Positions 9,171 through 19,117 are shown, counted from the stretch's first letter. The stretch: 64,000 bases of DNA from Bacteroidia bacterium (GCA_016787785.1 JAEUTO010000015.1:1-64000), one strand, 5' to 3'. Numbers and translations: made by a program. Notes: generated by a model not told the origin, from the sequence alone.

Positions 9171-11108
9171 ATGGAATATGTTATGAACTACTGGTGGATA
9201 TTGATCCCCGTTTTATTATTGGTGTTTTACAAATTAATTTTCAGGTTGTTTGGTATCATCATCATCCCGGAAGATAAAATTGGTTTGGTTACCAAAAAAT
9301 TTGTGTTATTCGGTAAGTCAGAGTTACCTCCGGGCCGCATCATTGCCGTTGAAGGCGAAGCTGGCTTTCAGGCGCAAACACTAGCACCGGGTATTTATTT
9401 CTGGAAATGGATCTGGCAATTTGAGATCACAAAACAATCACTTACAGTTATACCACAAGGTAAAATTGGATTGATCGTTGCGCGAGATGGCAAAGAGTTA
9501 GAAACAGGCCACATTCTTGCCCGCAAGGTAGAGTGCGATGGTTTTCAGGATGCAGTTGCTTTTTTAACCAAAGGCGGAAGTAAAGGAAGGCAGAGTGCAT
9601 ACATTACCGCGGGTACTTATCGTATAAATACCTTTTTGTTCGAGATATTTACGGTAGATATGTTCACCATTAGTGAGAACATGGTGGGTATTATTACCAC
9701 TTTAGATGGTATGCCTATTGAAGAAGGAAGCATAGCCGGTAAAGATGTACCGGGACACAATAATTTCCAGGATGCCGATACCTTCCTAAAAGGTGGTGGT
9801 AACAAAGGTCTACAACCTCAAACCATTTTAGCGGGTTCATATTATATCAATCCATGGTTTGTAGGTGTTGAACAAATAAAAATGATGGAGATCCCAATTG
9901 GTTATGTGGGTGTAGTTATTTCTTACGTAGGTAAAGATGGTAAAGATCTTAGTGGTGCTGAATTTAAACACGGAAACATTGTAAGTAAAGGTGAGAAAGG
10001 TGTTTGGGCCGAGCCATTAGGTCCGGGTAAATATCCTATCAATACATTTATTATGCGTGTTGAATTAGTGCCGACAACCAACTTAGTTCTTAACTGGGCC
10101 AATGCCCGCAGCGAATCGCATCAATTAGATAAAAACTTAAGTACGATCACCGTTCGTTCAAAAGATGGTTTCCCTTTTAATTTAGATGTAAGCCAGATCA
10201 TTCACATTCCAACAACCGAAGCACCAAAAGTAATTGCACGTTTTGGTAGTATGATGAATTTAGTTGGACAGGTATTAGAACCAACCATTGGTAACTACTT
10301 CCGTAACTCAGCTCAGGATAGCGATGTGATCGCTTTCTTAAGCACGCGTAAAGAAAGACAGGATGCCGCTAAAAAACGTATCAGCGAAGTATTAGATCAA
10401 TATAACGTAAACGGGGTTGACACATTAATTGGTGATATTGTGCCGCCCGAGAGTTTAATGAAAACGTTAACCGATCGTAAAATTGCTGAAGAGCAAAATA
10501 CAACTTTCGAAACTCAGAAACGTGCAGAGATAACGCGTCAAACGCTTGAAAAAGAAACAGCGGTGGCCGATATGCAAAAAGAAATTGTAAAAGCAGACCA
10601 GGGTGTATTAATTGCTGAACGTATTGCCGATGCTGCTGTTAAGAAAGCAACCGGTGAAGCAAGTGGCGTTAAGATCTCGTCAGTGGCAGAGGCCGATAGA
10701 TTAAAAATTATTGCTAATGCAGATGCGGAAAAAACAAAAGTAACTGCCAATGCCGAAGCTGAAAAAATTAAAGCTTTAGCAAACGCAAACGCTGAGCAGA
10801 TAAGCGTAACCGGTAAAGCAGAAGCTGAGAAAATTTTAGCTATTGGTAAATCAAATGCCGAATCGTATAAACTATCGGTTGAGGCAATGGGAGGCGATAA
10901 CTTTACCAAATTAAAAGTAACCGAGCAAATTGGTAAAGAAAAAATCAAGATCATCCCGGAAGTATTAATTACAGGTAATGGCGATGGCCAGAATGGTCCT
11001 ATTAATGGGCTTTTAGGTTTGCAACTATTAGATGGCATAATGGAGAGAAATAAAACCAAAGATGCCGATGATAAAAATACGGGCTCTAAAAACGAAGGAA
11101 AAAAATAA
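9171..11108 (+). CDS. SPFH/band-7 flotillin family membrane protein
   Basis: N-terminal TM helix; SPFH-like region; C-terminal flotillin-type Ala/Glu-rich coiled-coil repeats (EAEKIKALANANAEQI...). There is an internal duplicated ~35-aa motif FQDA..FLxKGGxKG. Confidence 0.6.
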   Translation: MEYVMNYWWILIPVLLLVFYKLIFRLFGIIIIPEDKIGLVTKKFVLFGKSELPPGRIIAVEGEAGFQAQTLAPGIYFWKWIWQFEITKQSLTVIPQGKIGLIVARDGKELETGHILARKVECDGFQDAVAFLTKGGSKGRQSAYITAGTYRINTFLFEIFTVDMFTISENMVGIITTLDGMPIEEGSIAGKDVPGHNNFQDADTFLKGGGNKGLQPQTILAGSYYINPWFVGVEQIKMMEIPIGYVGVVISYVGKDGKDLSGAEFKHGNIVSKGEKGVWAEPLGPGKYPINTFIMRVELVPTTNLVLNWANARSESHQLDKNLSTITVRSKDGFPFNLDVSQIIHIPTTEAPKVIARFGSMMNLVGQVLEPTIGNYFRNSAQDSDVIAFLSTRKERQDAAKKRISEVLDQYNVNGVDTLIGDIVPPESLMKTLTDRKIAEEQNTTFETQKRAEITRQTLEKETAVADMQKEIVKADQGVLIAERIADAAVKKATGEASGVKISSVAEADRLKIIANADAEKTKVTANAEAEKIKALANANAEQISVTGKAEAEKILAIGKSNAESYKLSVEAMGGDNFTKLKVTEQIGKEKIKIIPEVLITGNGDGQNGPINGLLGLQLLDGIMERNKTKDADDKNTGSKNEGKK

Positions 11109-11132
11109 TAAATAACCCTGACAAAAAGTTAA

Positions 11133-11168
11133 AATGCCTTGCCTGATTAGAGCAAGGCATTTTTATTA
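11133..11168 (+). terminator. Rho-independent terminator after the flotillin gene
   Basis: AAAATGCCTTGCctgattagaGCAAGGCATTTTTATT. Confidence 0.7.
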
Positions 11169-11275
11169 CATATAATTAACCTTAAACTAAACATTTACTA
11201 AGAAAGCCCGTTGCTTTTTCGTATATTTGTACTTAACCGCTTCTGTAATGGAAGAACAAATCTTTAAAATAACAA

Positions 11276-11725
11276 ATGGCTAAATCGCAAGAAACTTACA
11301 GTAAAAAAGAAAAAGAGAGCAAGAAATTAAAAAAGAGGCAGGAAAAGGAAGAGAAAAAAGCTGAACGCAAAGCCAGCGGTAAAAAAAGTTTTGAAGATAT
11401 GATCGCTTATGTGGATGAATTTGGTAACCTTACCGATACACCACCAGACCCAAAAAAGAAAAAAGAATTAAATCTTGAAGATATTCAGTTAGGCGCTAAA
11501 ATAGAAGCCGCCATCGATCCGGCAGATCTTATACGCAGAGGGAACATCAGTTTTTTTAATGAAGAAAAAGGTTACGGATTTATCCGCGACGAAAAATCGC
11601 AAGAAAGTATTTTCTTCCACGTTAATGGATTAACTACGCCAGTAAAAGAAAAAGACAAAGTAAGTTTTGAAACCGAAATGGGCCAAAAAGGACTTAATGC
11701 CATTAAGGTTACGGTGGTTGTTTAA
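11276..11725 (+). CDS. Cold-shock domain protein with Lys/Glu-rich N-terminal extension
   Basis: C-terminal CSD GNISFFNEEKGYGFIRDEKSQESIFFHVNGL (RNP1-like KGYGFI); the first ~60 aa are KEKK low complexity. Confidence 0.75.
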   Translation: MAKSQETYSKKEKESKKLKKRQEKEEKKAERKASGKKSFEDMIAYVDEFGNLTDTPPDPKKKKELNLEDIQLGAKIEAAIDPADLIRRGNISFFNEEKGYGFIRDEKSQESIFFHVNGLTTPVKEKDKVSFETEMGQKGLNAIKVTVVV

Positions 11726-11824
11726 CGCTGCAGAATTATTTTTCAATAACTCATTATATTTATAATACCAAATAAGGAAAATCATCTTTATTTGGTATTT
11801 TTTTATTTACATTTTGATCATAGG

Positions 11825-12394
11825 ATGAAACGCTTTTTAATAATTTTTCTGCTTCTTTGGTTTAAATTTAATTACGGGCAGGAACCTCTTAAAATAAAAG
11901 TAAAAAAAGAGTTTAAAATGGATTCTATTTTTTATGGCGTTTTTCCAATTGGTTATGCGTTTCAAGGAACTGATTACTATGCATTAATTGAAATTAAACA
12001 ACCAAACTCTAAGGAAAAACATTATCCAATGGGCGGTGATTTTTCATTTCACGTTATTAAAACAAAAAATGATTCAACTTTTTACAAGAGAAACACACGC
12101 ACTCAATTATCTTTAAATATAAATGATACCATTGTTATGTGGGCTTGGGACCCTGATAATAGCGACGGTCCTTCAATTGGGCATGGACAACGTTTTGGTA
12201 AAGTTTCCTTAAATCAACGAACTAATACACTAAACATTTTTCAACTTTTTTATGATACAAAAAAGAAAAAAAGTATTTCAAGAAAAAAGCAATATAAAGT
12301 TCTTAAATGGACATTCTACGAAATTATAATTAAAGAAATTTCATCTCCACAGATCAATAGGGTTTATTATTTTCGGAGAGCACAGCCAAAATAA
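11825..12394 (+). CDS. Hypothetical secreted protein
   Basis: Signal peptide MKRFLIIFLLLWF; no recognisable domain; first gene of a four-gene co-directional block. Confidence 0.4.
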   Translation: MKRFLIIFLLLWFKFNYGQEPLKIKVKKEFKMDSIFYGVFPIGYAFQGTDYYALIEIKQPNSKEKHYPMGGDFSFHVIKTKNDSTFYKRNTRTQLSLNINDTIVMWAWDPDNSDGPSIGHGQRFGKVSLNQRTNTLNIFQLFYDTKKKKSISRKKQYKVLKWTFYEIIIKEISSPQINRVYYFRRAQPK

Positions 12395-12470
12395 CTTATT
12401 AGGGTTGCAAAAGCCGTAAAGCATTGCTATCTTTCAACTTACAAATGCTGTTGAATTAAAATAATATAAT

Positions 12471-13550
12471 ATGAGAACAAGTATCAAATTTATGATCGTA
12501 TTTCTTGCACTCACTTTTATGAGCTGTAGAAATAAAGATAAAAAAGATGAAGAGTCCGATGATTCCAATCCACCGCCAGCAGCAGAAGTTGTAGAACCGT
12601 ACGGCTTTAACGTATTAAAAAAATTACGCGGCATCTGGAATGGGCCTGTTAGCTCCACCACTCCACTTGGCGGCTATCCGGAATGGATAGTAGATTTTAG
12701 ACCAAATGCGGAAAATCAAATCTCTGCTAAAAATGAATTGGATACTTTAAACGATATTTTTATGTCTTTCTTCGTTGCCAAATATAATAATCAATACAAA
12801 GTAGCATTACGCAATGGTGGTTCTTTTAATGCCATGAAACGCGTATCGTATTTTTTAGCGGATAGTGTTTCTGAAAACGGAGCCAATTCTTTTTACAGGT
12901 TCTCGGAAATTATAAAGGGTAAAATTCGCGCATACACCGAAGTTATTTTTAGAACAGATAGTTTGTATATTAAATCGTATACCAATAAATATAATACATT
13001 GCCAAGCTCATCGCCACACATGACCTGGAGCGCTAAGCTGCAAGACACCACTTCTGCACAGTCTGCAATTTCTACTTTAGGATTTCCAAAAAAAACAATG
13101 ACCAAAGATTTTACATCTAGTTTTACAAGTTTAACAGAGGCAATTTATTTTTCAACTTCCGGTCCGCCGGTTGGCGATCCGTATGCCGAGAACACACAAC
13201 CTTATCTGGGAAAAACAACTGCTACTTATAATTACGCAGCAACTTATACACCGGTTTCAACCAAAAAAGTCTTTTTAATAGTTACCACACAGCCTCTATT
13301 TTCTGGTCCTGTGTTTAACATAGGAAATTTAAAGTACAGATCGCGTTATGTTATTTTATCTGCAAGCAGCTCCAGTTTTGTTTTCAACTACATGCATCCC
13401 GGCACTTATTATTATTACGCCATGTATGATAATGATGGAAACAACGCCATTAATAGCGGCGATTGGATAAGTACAACAAACACAACATTTACACTAGCAG
13501 CGCTAGGAACTACAACTACAAATACACAAATTAATTTTACAATTCCTTAA
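12471..13550 (+). CDS. Hypothetical lipoprotein, Thr/Ser-rich C-terminal half
   Basis: Lipobox LTFMSC; no recognisable catalytic motifs. Confidence 0.45.
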   Translation: MRTSIKFMIVFLALTFMSCRNKDKKDEESDDSNPPPAAEVVEPYGFNVLKKLRGIWNGPVSSTTPLGGYPEWIVDFRPNAENQISAKNELDTLNDIFMSFFVAKYNNQYKVALRNGGSFNAMKRVSYFLADSVSENGANSFYRFSEIIKGKIRAYTEVIFRTDSLYIKSYTNKYNTLPSSSPHMTWSAKLQDTTSAQSAISTLGFPKKTMTKDFTSSFTSLTEAIYFSTSGPPVGDPYAENTQPYLGKTTATYNYAATYTPVSTKKVFLIVTTQPLFSGPVFNIGNLKYRSRYVILSASSSSFVFNYMHPGTYYYYAMYDNDGNNAINSGDWISTTNTTFTLAALGTTTTNTQINFTIP

Positions 13551-13559
13551 TTCAGTAAA

Positions 13560-14024
13560 ATGAGAATGGTGTTTCTTTTTTTTATTGGTATGTTGTTTAC
13601 CACGCACTGTTCGGCTCAAAACTGGCGGGTGAGCTCACTTATCAAAAAATTAAACAATAACCAGTTCTCGATTGTTCATGAAGAAAAGGCGAGCTTTATG
13701 ATGAATGGAAGACCAGCGTATAAACTTATAAAGCTGGGTAAGCCTGCATCTGAAAAATTAATAACTGCATTAAGCGACACTACAAAAACAATTATGGCGC
13801 ATTTGGTATTATGTCATATTTATTTTAAAGTAGCCACTTTTGCAGGACCAAAAGTAATTACGGTTAACGATAAACACATTTCTAACTATTTTTTGGGACA
13901 AAAAGATGGCGAAGGACTTATTATAAGCGAAACAAAAACTAACAACAACTATAAACTATTTATTACACCTGAAAACCTTAACTCAATTGTAACTTTTTGG
14001 AAAAACAAAGTCGCAATAAAATAA
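13560..14024 (+). CDS. Hypothetical secreted protein
   Basis: Signal peptide MRMVFLFFIGMLFTTHCSAQ; 10 bp after the upstream stop. Confidence 0.4.
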   Translation: MRMVFLFFIGMLFTTHCSAQNWRVSSLIKKLNNNQFSIVHEEKASFMMNGRPAYKLIKLGKPASEKLITALSDTTKTIMAHLVLCHIYFKVATFAGPKVITVNDKHISNYFLGQKDGEGLIISETKTNNNYKLFITPENLNSIVTFWKNKVAIK

Positions 14025-14028
14025 AATT

Positions 14029-14505
14029 ATGGAAGCATTAAAAGAACTTGAGTTTATTGACAAAATAGAAGATAATTTTCCGATCGAGAATTATTTGCAT
14101 TGCATAAAACTAATTGACGAAGCTATTACAATTTCTCCAAACTCGGTATTTGCTGTTATTGAAGAGATCTGTAAAAATGCCGCGACAGACGTTGTTCATG
14201 AAGAAACACTCATTAATCTATTAAAACATATTGATAAAAAATTCGAACATCCTTTACGGAAATTAATTCTTGAAACGGCTCAAAATGTTATTTTGGAAGA
14301 AGAAATGACAATGGATGAAACTATCGCGAATATGGAAAAGGTAAGAGCACATAAAGGGCAATATTCTGCTTTAAGTGTTATTTATTTTTCAATTGAAGAT
14401 GTGGATGGAAAATTAGAAAAAGTATGGGATAGCATTACAACAGAATGGAACGATGGAGAATCTTTATTTGATGATGAAGAGGATGACGAAATGGATAATG
14501 ATTAA
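14029..14505 (+). CDS. Hypothetical acidic cytoplasmic protein
   Basis: No signal peptide; very acidic C-terminus DDEEDDEMDND; 5 bp after the upstream stop. Confidence 0.4.
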   Translation: MEALKELEFIDKIEDNFPIENYLHCIKLIDEAITISPNSVFAVIEEICKNAATDVVHEETLINLLKHIDKKFEHPLRKLILETAQNVILEEEMTMDETIANMEKVRAHKGQYSALSVIYFSIEDVDGKLEKVWDSITTEWNDGESLFDDEEDDEMDND

Positions 14506-14506
14506 A

Positions 14507-15256
14507 TTACCACTTACCACCAGAGCCACCACCGCCGGAGCTACCGCCGCCGAAACCGCCAAAACCGCCTCCGCCCCCAAAACTACTTCCACCACTTGAG
14601 AATGACCTCCCGCTGCCGGTATAAGTGTATCCACCGCCACCGCCATTATTTTTTGAGAAAAAGAAAATGTAAATAAATGCAATACCCACAAGGATAAGAA
14701 GGATGGTTTTAAAATTAGAACCCGGTTCGCTACTCCTCGTATAATCTTTTTCGTTGATCTCGCCTTTTGCCAGCGCCATTAATTTATCGGTAGCTTTATC
14801 TAAAGCGGTATAATTATCACCGTTCTTTAAATAAGGATACATTTCATCCTCGCGAATGCGCTTTGTTGCAAGATCCGGAATGGCGCCCTCCAAACCGTAA
14901 CCTATTGCAATAAAAAGGTCGCGGCCGTTTGCACCACCTGTAGGTTTTATTAAAATAACTACACCATTATTAGCGCCTTTTTTACCTACGCCCCACTCGT
15001 TAATTATTTTGGTAGCATAATCGGCTGCCTCAAGCCCATTAAGATCATCAACAATTACAACACATATCTGGTTCGAAGTTTCCTGGCTGAATTTCACCAG
15101 CTTACTCTCTAAAGTAGAAGCGTCTGAAGAACTTAAAAATTGAGGGAATTCGTTTGAAAGATTATTGTAAAGTTTTGGTGGATTTGGGCGTTCGGCAATT
15201 TGCGCGTTTAAAAAACCAACCAAAAATAAAAATATAAAACCAACTATCCTGCGCAT
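14507..15256 (-). CDS. TPM domain protein (YgcG-like) with TM anchor and Gly-rich tail
   Basis: TPM/DUF477 core GVVILIKPTGGANGRDLFIAIGYGLEGAIPD; TM segment; GGGGSGG tail. Confidence 0.75.
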   Translation of the reverse strand: MRRIVGFIFLFLVGFLNAQIAERPNPPKLYNNLSNEFPQFLSSSDASTLESKLVKFSQETSNQICVVIVDDLNGLEAADYATKIINEWGVGKKGANNGVVILIKPTGGANGRDLFIAIGYGLEGAIPDLATKRIREDEMYPYLKNGDNYTALDKATDKLMALAKGEINEKDYTRSSEPGSNFKTILLILVGIAFIYIFFFSKNNGGGGGYTYTGSGRSFSSGGSSFGGGGGFGGFGGGSSGGGGSGGKW

Positions 15257-15257
15257 C

Positions 15258-15692
15258 TTAATAAGAAATAGTATTGGTTAACTCATCCTTATCATCACTA
15301 GTTCGTGGAAAAAATTTACCAAGTTGCTCGCCACATGTTAAGATACACTCTGCCAAGGCCTCGGCTTTTTTATTCTCTTTGAATTTTTTGATAAGCTCTT
15401 CAACTACTTTTTGCCAGAATTCATTTCCTAATTTTTGGTGAATCCCTTCATCACCAATAACCGCGATCTTTTTACTGAGCGTTGCAATATAAATTAAAAC
15501 GCCATTGTGTTCTTTGGTCTCATGCATTTTTAAGTTTGTAAAAACTTTCTGTGCACGCTTTACTTCGTTACCAAAACAAATACTCTCTATATGTAAACGT
15601 ATCTCACCAGAAGTTTTTAACTCCGCCTGCGCAATTGCATCCACCAAAAGTTGTTGTTCGCGCTCATCAAAGAAATTACGGGCCCTGGGCAT
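15258..15692 (-). CDS. TPM domain protein (second copy; LemA-TPM-TPM operon)
   Basis: EIRLHIESI...GVLIYIATLSKKIAVIGDEGI pattern typical of TPM-fold proteins; 2 bp from the downstream gene. Confidence 0.55.
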   Translation of the reverse strand: MPRARNFFDEREQQLLVDAIAQAELKTSGEIRLHIESICFGNEVKRAQKVFTNLKMHETKEHNGVLIYIATLSKKIAVIGDEGIHQKLGNEFWQKVVEELIKKFKENKKAEALAECILTCGEQLGKFFPRTSDDKDELTNTISY

Positions 15693-15720
15693 TTTAGATT
15701 TAAGATTTTAGAAGTTAAAA

Positions 15721-16305
15721 CTAAAATTCAACCTTCGGAGCTTTTTCGGCGCCGGCTTCAGCTTCAAAATATGGCATTTGCGTCATACTCCCCGCAATAA
15801 GGCTTCCTGGAAAGAACTGTATCGATTTATTAAAATCACGCGCCATATCGTTGTATTTCATACGCTCAGTAGAAATACGATTCTCACAACCCTCCAAGGT
15901 AACACGAAGATCTGCAAAGGCAGCACTTGATTTTAAATTAGGGTAATTTTCGGTTACCATCAATAAACGCGATAACGCCCCACTTAACTCACCCTGAGCC
16001 GCTTTATATTGTTGAATATTGTTTTCGTTCAGTTTATCCGGATCGATCGTCATTTGCGTTGCTTTTGCACGGGCAGAAACCACCGCTTCTAAAGTGCTTT
16101 TTTCAAAATTAGCTTCTCCTTTTACAGTTGCAACAATGTTCGGCACCAGGTCTGAACGACGTTGGTACTGACTCTCTACCTGCTGCCACTGTGCTTTTGC
16201 GTCTTCACGAAGAGCAACAAAACCGTTACGCTTATTACAGGCCCATACGCCACCAAATAAAACGATCACTCCAAAAATTAAAACTGTTATTAATCCTTTA
16301 CTCAT
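15721..16305 (-). CDS. lemA: LemA family protein
   Basis: TM helix followed by WQQVESQYQRRSDLVPNIVATVKGEANFEKSTLEAVVSARAKA, a classic LemA motif. Confidence 0.85.
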   Translation of the reverse strand: MSKGLITVLIFGVIVLFGGVWACNKRNGFVALREDAKAQWQQVESQYQRRSDLVPNIVATVKGEANFEKSTLEAVVSARAKATQMTIDPDKLNENNIQQYKAAQGELSGALSRLLMVTENYPNLKSSAAFADLRVTLEGCENRISTERMKYNDMARDFNKSIQFFPGSLIAGSMTQMPYFEAEAGAEKAPKVEF

Positions 16306-16448
16306 ACTATTAAATTTTAAGTAAAGATAATAGTAAAAGTGGTCCATGGGCATAACCTTTAACATAAATTCTATTTCTTTTTAAACAGTCTTTTACCCTA
16401 TGTTTTCTTTATGTAAATTAGAGTTGAAATACCTCAAATTTTAACCCT

Positions 16449-17705
16449 ATGAATAGCAAACGAAATTTTTTAAAGTCATTGTTGCTTACCGCTACCTTGC
16501 CTATAACTTTAAAAGCAAAGAGCCTTGTGGACGAATTTCCGGCGGTTTGGACCAGCGAAGAAGAACCTGATTACTGGAAAAAAATTCGTAACGATTATAA
16601 ATTAAAACCCGATTATATTAATCTTGAGAATGGCTATTACAGTATCATGGCCCAACCGGTTATGGAAGGCTATTTCAAAGACCTTCAACTGGTAAATATG
16701 GAAGGCTCTTATTATGTGCGAACCGTTCAAACAGAAAACAAACAAAAAAGTAAAGAACAATTGGCAGAACTTTTAGGTTGCAGCAGCGAAGAGTTAATTA
16801 TTACGCGCAATACAACCGAGTCGTTGGATACAGTAATTTCGGGCATAGATTGGAAAGCGGGAGACGAAGCCATTATGGCCGAACAGGATTATGGCAGCAT
16901 GCTGGATATGTTCAAACAACAAGCAAAGCGTTATGGTATGGTAAACAAAATAATTTCTATTCCATTAGATCCAAAAACTGATGAAGAAATTGTGCGTTTA
17001 TATGAAAAAGCAATTACGCCAAAAACAAAACTAATAATGGTTTGTCATATGATCAACATAACCGGACACATCTTACCGGTTAAAAAGATCTGCGACATGG
17101 CGCATAGTAAAGGTGTGGAAGTTATGGTGGATGGCGCGCATACAGTATCGCATATAGATTTTAAAATAAACGATCTTAACTGCGATTATTTTGGAAGCAG
17201 TTTGCATAAATGGTTGGGCGTGCCACTGGGCGTTGGTGTACTTTATGTAAAAAAAGAAAAGATAAAAAAAATCTGGCCGCTATTTGGTGAATTAGGTTTC
17301 AAAGAAGAGGATATTCGAAAACTGAATCATACCGGAACTATTTCAGTGGCTTCTGACATTGCAATAAAACACGCCGTTAATTATCAAAGTGCTATAGGCA
17401 TTAAAAGAAAAGAAGAGCGCTTGCGCTTTTTACAAAATTACTGGACCAGTAAAGTAAGAGATGTAAAAAAAATAAAATTAAATACACCTACAGACCCTCA
17501 AAGAAGTTGCGCCATTGCCAATGTTTGTATAGAAGGCATTAAACCCGCCGACCTCGCAAAAACATTATTGCAGAAATATAAAATATGGACGGTAGCTATT
17601 GATTCTGCCAACGTGCAAGGCGTTCGTATTACACCGCAATTGTTTACAACCACAGAAGAATTGGATAGTTTTGTAGCAGCTTTAAAAGAAATTGCATCCA
17701 CATAG
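16449..17705 (+). CDS. Aminotransferase class V-fold PLP-dependent enzyme (isopenicillin-N-epimerase/cysteine-desulfurase-like) with Tat-like signal peptide
   Basis: N-terminus MNSKRNFLKSLLLTATLPITLKA (KRxFLK Tat-like); putative PLP lysine in SSLHKWLGVP. Confidence 0.65.
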   Translation: MNSKRNFLKSLLLTATLPITLKAKSLVDEFPAVWTSEEEPDYWKKIRNDYKLKPDYINLENGYYSIMAQPVMEGYFKDLQLVNMEGSYYVRTVQTENKQKSKEQLAELLGCSSEELIITRNTTESLDTVISGIDWKAGDEAIMAEQDYGSMLDMFKQQAKRYGMVNKIISIPLDPKTDEEIVRLYEKAITPKTKLIMVCHMINITGHILPVKKICDMAHSKGVEVMVDGAHTVSHIDFKINDLNCDYFGSSLHKWLGVPLGVGVLYVKKEKIKKIWPLFGELGFKEEDIRKLNHTGTISVASDIAIKHAVNYQSAIGIKRKEERLRFLQNYWTSKVRDVKKIKLNTPTDPQRSCAIANVCIEGIKPADLAKTLLQKYKIWTVAIDSANVQGVRITPQLFTTTEELDSFVAALKEIAST

Positions 17706-17977
17706 TTAAAGCTCTTGCGAAGGACGCAAAATCTGTAATTCGAACCCCCTTGACTTATTAACTAATTAAAGGTTCATAACAAATCTACTCTAAAAACGAA
17801 CCTTTTAAAATTATCAACGTACAAAAAGGTAACTAAACACTAACATACCCGATACCCTTCTCTAAACAAAGAATAGAAAGGGCTGGTAAGAAAAGGAAAT
17901 ATCCTGTCACCCGTTTTATTTACAAATTTAAATCTTATTACAAATGAAAAAATTTACACCCGTAAAACAAATTCGCT

Positions 17978-18601
17978 ATGAAAACAAATCTCTATTTCCC
18001 AACATTGTTGGCAGTTATCATTCAGGTAATGGTACACGGCCAAACACCAGACAACCAAATTACTCAGATTAGAAAAACGCTCATCAGCACAGAGAGTTCA
18101 ATTGTGAATGTTACATACACAATAAAATCTACTGCTGTAGAATTATCTAACCTTTTAAAACAGGCCAAAGAACTTAATATCACCATGCAGTCTTTTAGAA
18201 ATGCAGCAAAAACAAAAAAAGGTGATGAAAAAAGAGAACTCACTTTAGAGGCCCTTTTCTTCGAAAAACAATTTGTGCTCAAACAAATTGAGATCTCAGA
18301 ATTATTAGCAAAAGATACCTATCAAAAACTGTATCAAAACAGAAATTATATAGGGTTGTTGCTAAAAACCATAAAGGACGACGAATACACCAGCAATTTA
18401 GCAAACAACTTAAACTCTGAAGCAGAAAAGTGCATAAGAATGGCTAAAGAAATGCGCGAAGAAGCATATGCACAGCCCACCTTTGTTGCTAAATTAGGCA
18501 ACATGACCAACGCCGAGGACGAAGAAGTAATTGCCCTTAACAAACAACAACAAGTATTTGATATCATTGAAAGGGTAAATCCTAAGGTAACAGTACGTTA
18601 A
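17978..18601 (+). CDS. Hypothetical secreted alpha-helical protein
   Basis: Signal peptide; no motifs recognised. Confidence 0.4.
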   Translation: MKTNLYFPTLLAVIIQVMVHGQTPDNQITQIRKTLISTESSIVNVTYTIKSTAVELSNLLKQAKELNITMQSFRNAAKTKKGDEKRELTLEALFFEKQFVLKQIEISELLAKDTYQKLYQNRNYIGLLLKTIKDDEYTSNLANNLNSEAEKCIRMAKEMREEAYAQPTFVAKLGNMTNAEDEEVIALNKQQQVFDIIERVNPKVTVR

Positions 18602-18712
18602 GAGACTATTAAGATCATTCCAAATTCCTACAAAACTATTTATCCTTACGGCTAAATAGTTTTGTTTTTTTATTTATTTTATTTAGCTTTAATTACCTAA
18701 AAACTAAATAAT

Positions 18713-19090
18713 ATGAAAAATACAATGAAAACATTTTTTGCTGTAGCAGCATTTACTTTAATTTCTTCGGTGGCATGCGCTCAATACAAAATGGACAGCG
18801 ATGGCAAAACTCTTCGTAACTCCAGCAACTCATCGGTTGGAAAAATAGACAGCGATGGCAGGACCATTCGCAATTCAAGCAACTCTTCAGTTGGCAGCGT
18901 TGATAGCGACGGAAAAACGATCCGTAACTCAAGCAATTCATCCGTTTTAAAAGTTGACGGAAATGATATCCGTAATTCAAGCAACAGTACTATTGCTAAA
19001 ATGAGCGATGTTACGAGTGCTATTCAAGGCGCAAAACCTGAAGCCGTTTACGTTGCCCTTTGGTGGTTCATCGTAAAAGGATATCACTAA
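18713..19090 (+). CDS. Hypothetical secreted protein with four tandem 18-aa repeats (DSDGKTxRNSSNSSVGxx)
   Basis: Signal peptide MKNTMKTFFAVAAFTLISSVACAQ; repeats read directly from the translation. Confidence 0.5.
   Translation: MKNTMKTFFAVAAFTLISSVACAQYKMDSDGKTLRNSSNSSVGKIDSDGRTIRNSSNSSVGSVDSDGKTIRNSSNSSVLKVDGNDIRNSSNSTIAKMSDVTSAIQGAKPEAVYVALWWFIVKGYH
18794..19003 (+). repeat. Tandem 54-bp coding repeat, about 3.9 copies
   Basis: Encodes DSDGKTLRNSSNSSVGKI / DSDGRTIRNSSNSSVGSV / DSDGKTIRNSSNSSVLKV / DGNDIRNSSNSTIAKM. Confidence 0.7.
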
Positions 19091-19117
19091 TAATTTGAAA
19101 TTTATAAGTTAAAATTA

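Noticed and set aside
10538-11059. 173-aa minus-strand ORF
   Set aside because: It is the antisense shadow of the flotillin Ala/Glu-rich coiled-coil coding region.
17730-17760. tRNA-like 'TTCGAACCCC' string in the intergenic region
   Set aside because: There is no acceptor or anticodon stem complementarity around it. It is not a tRNA.
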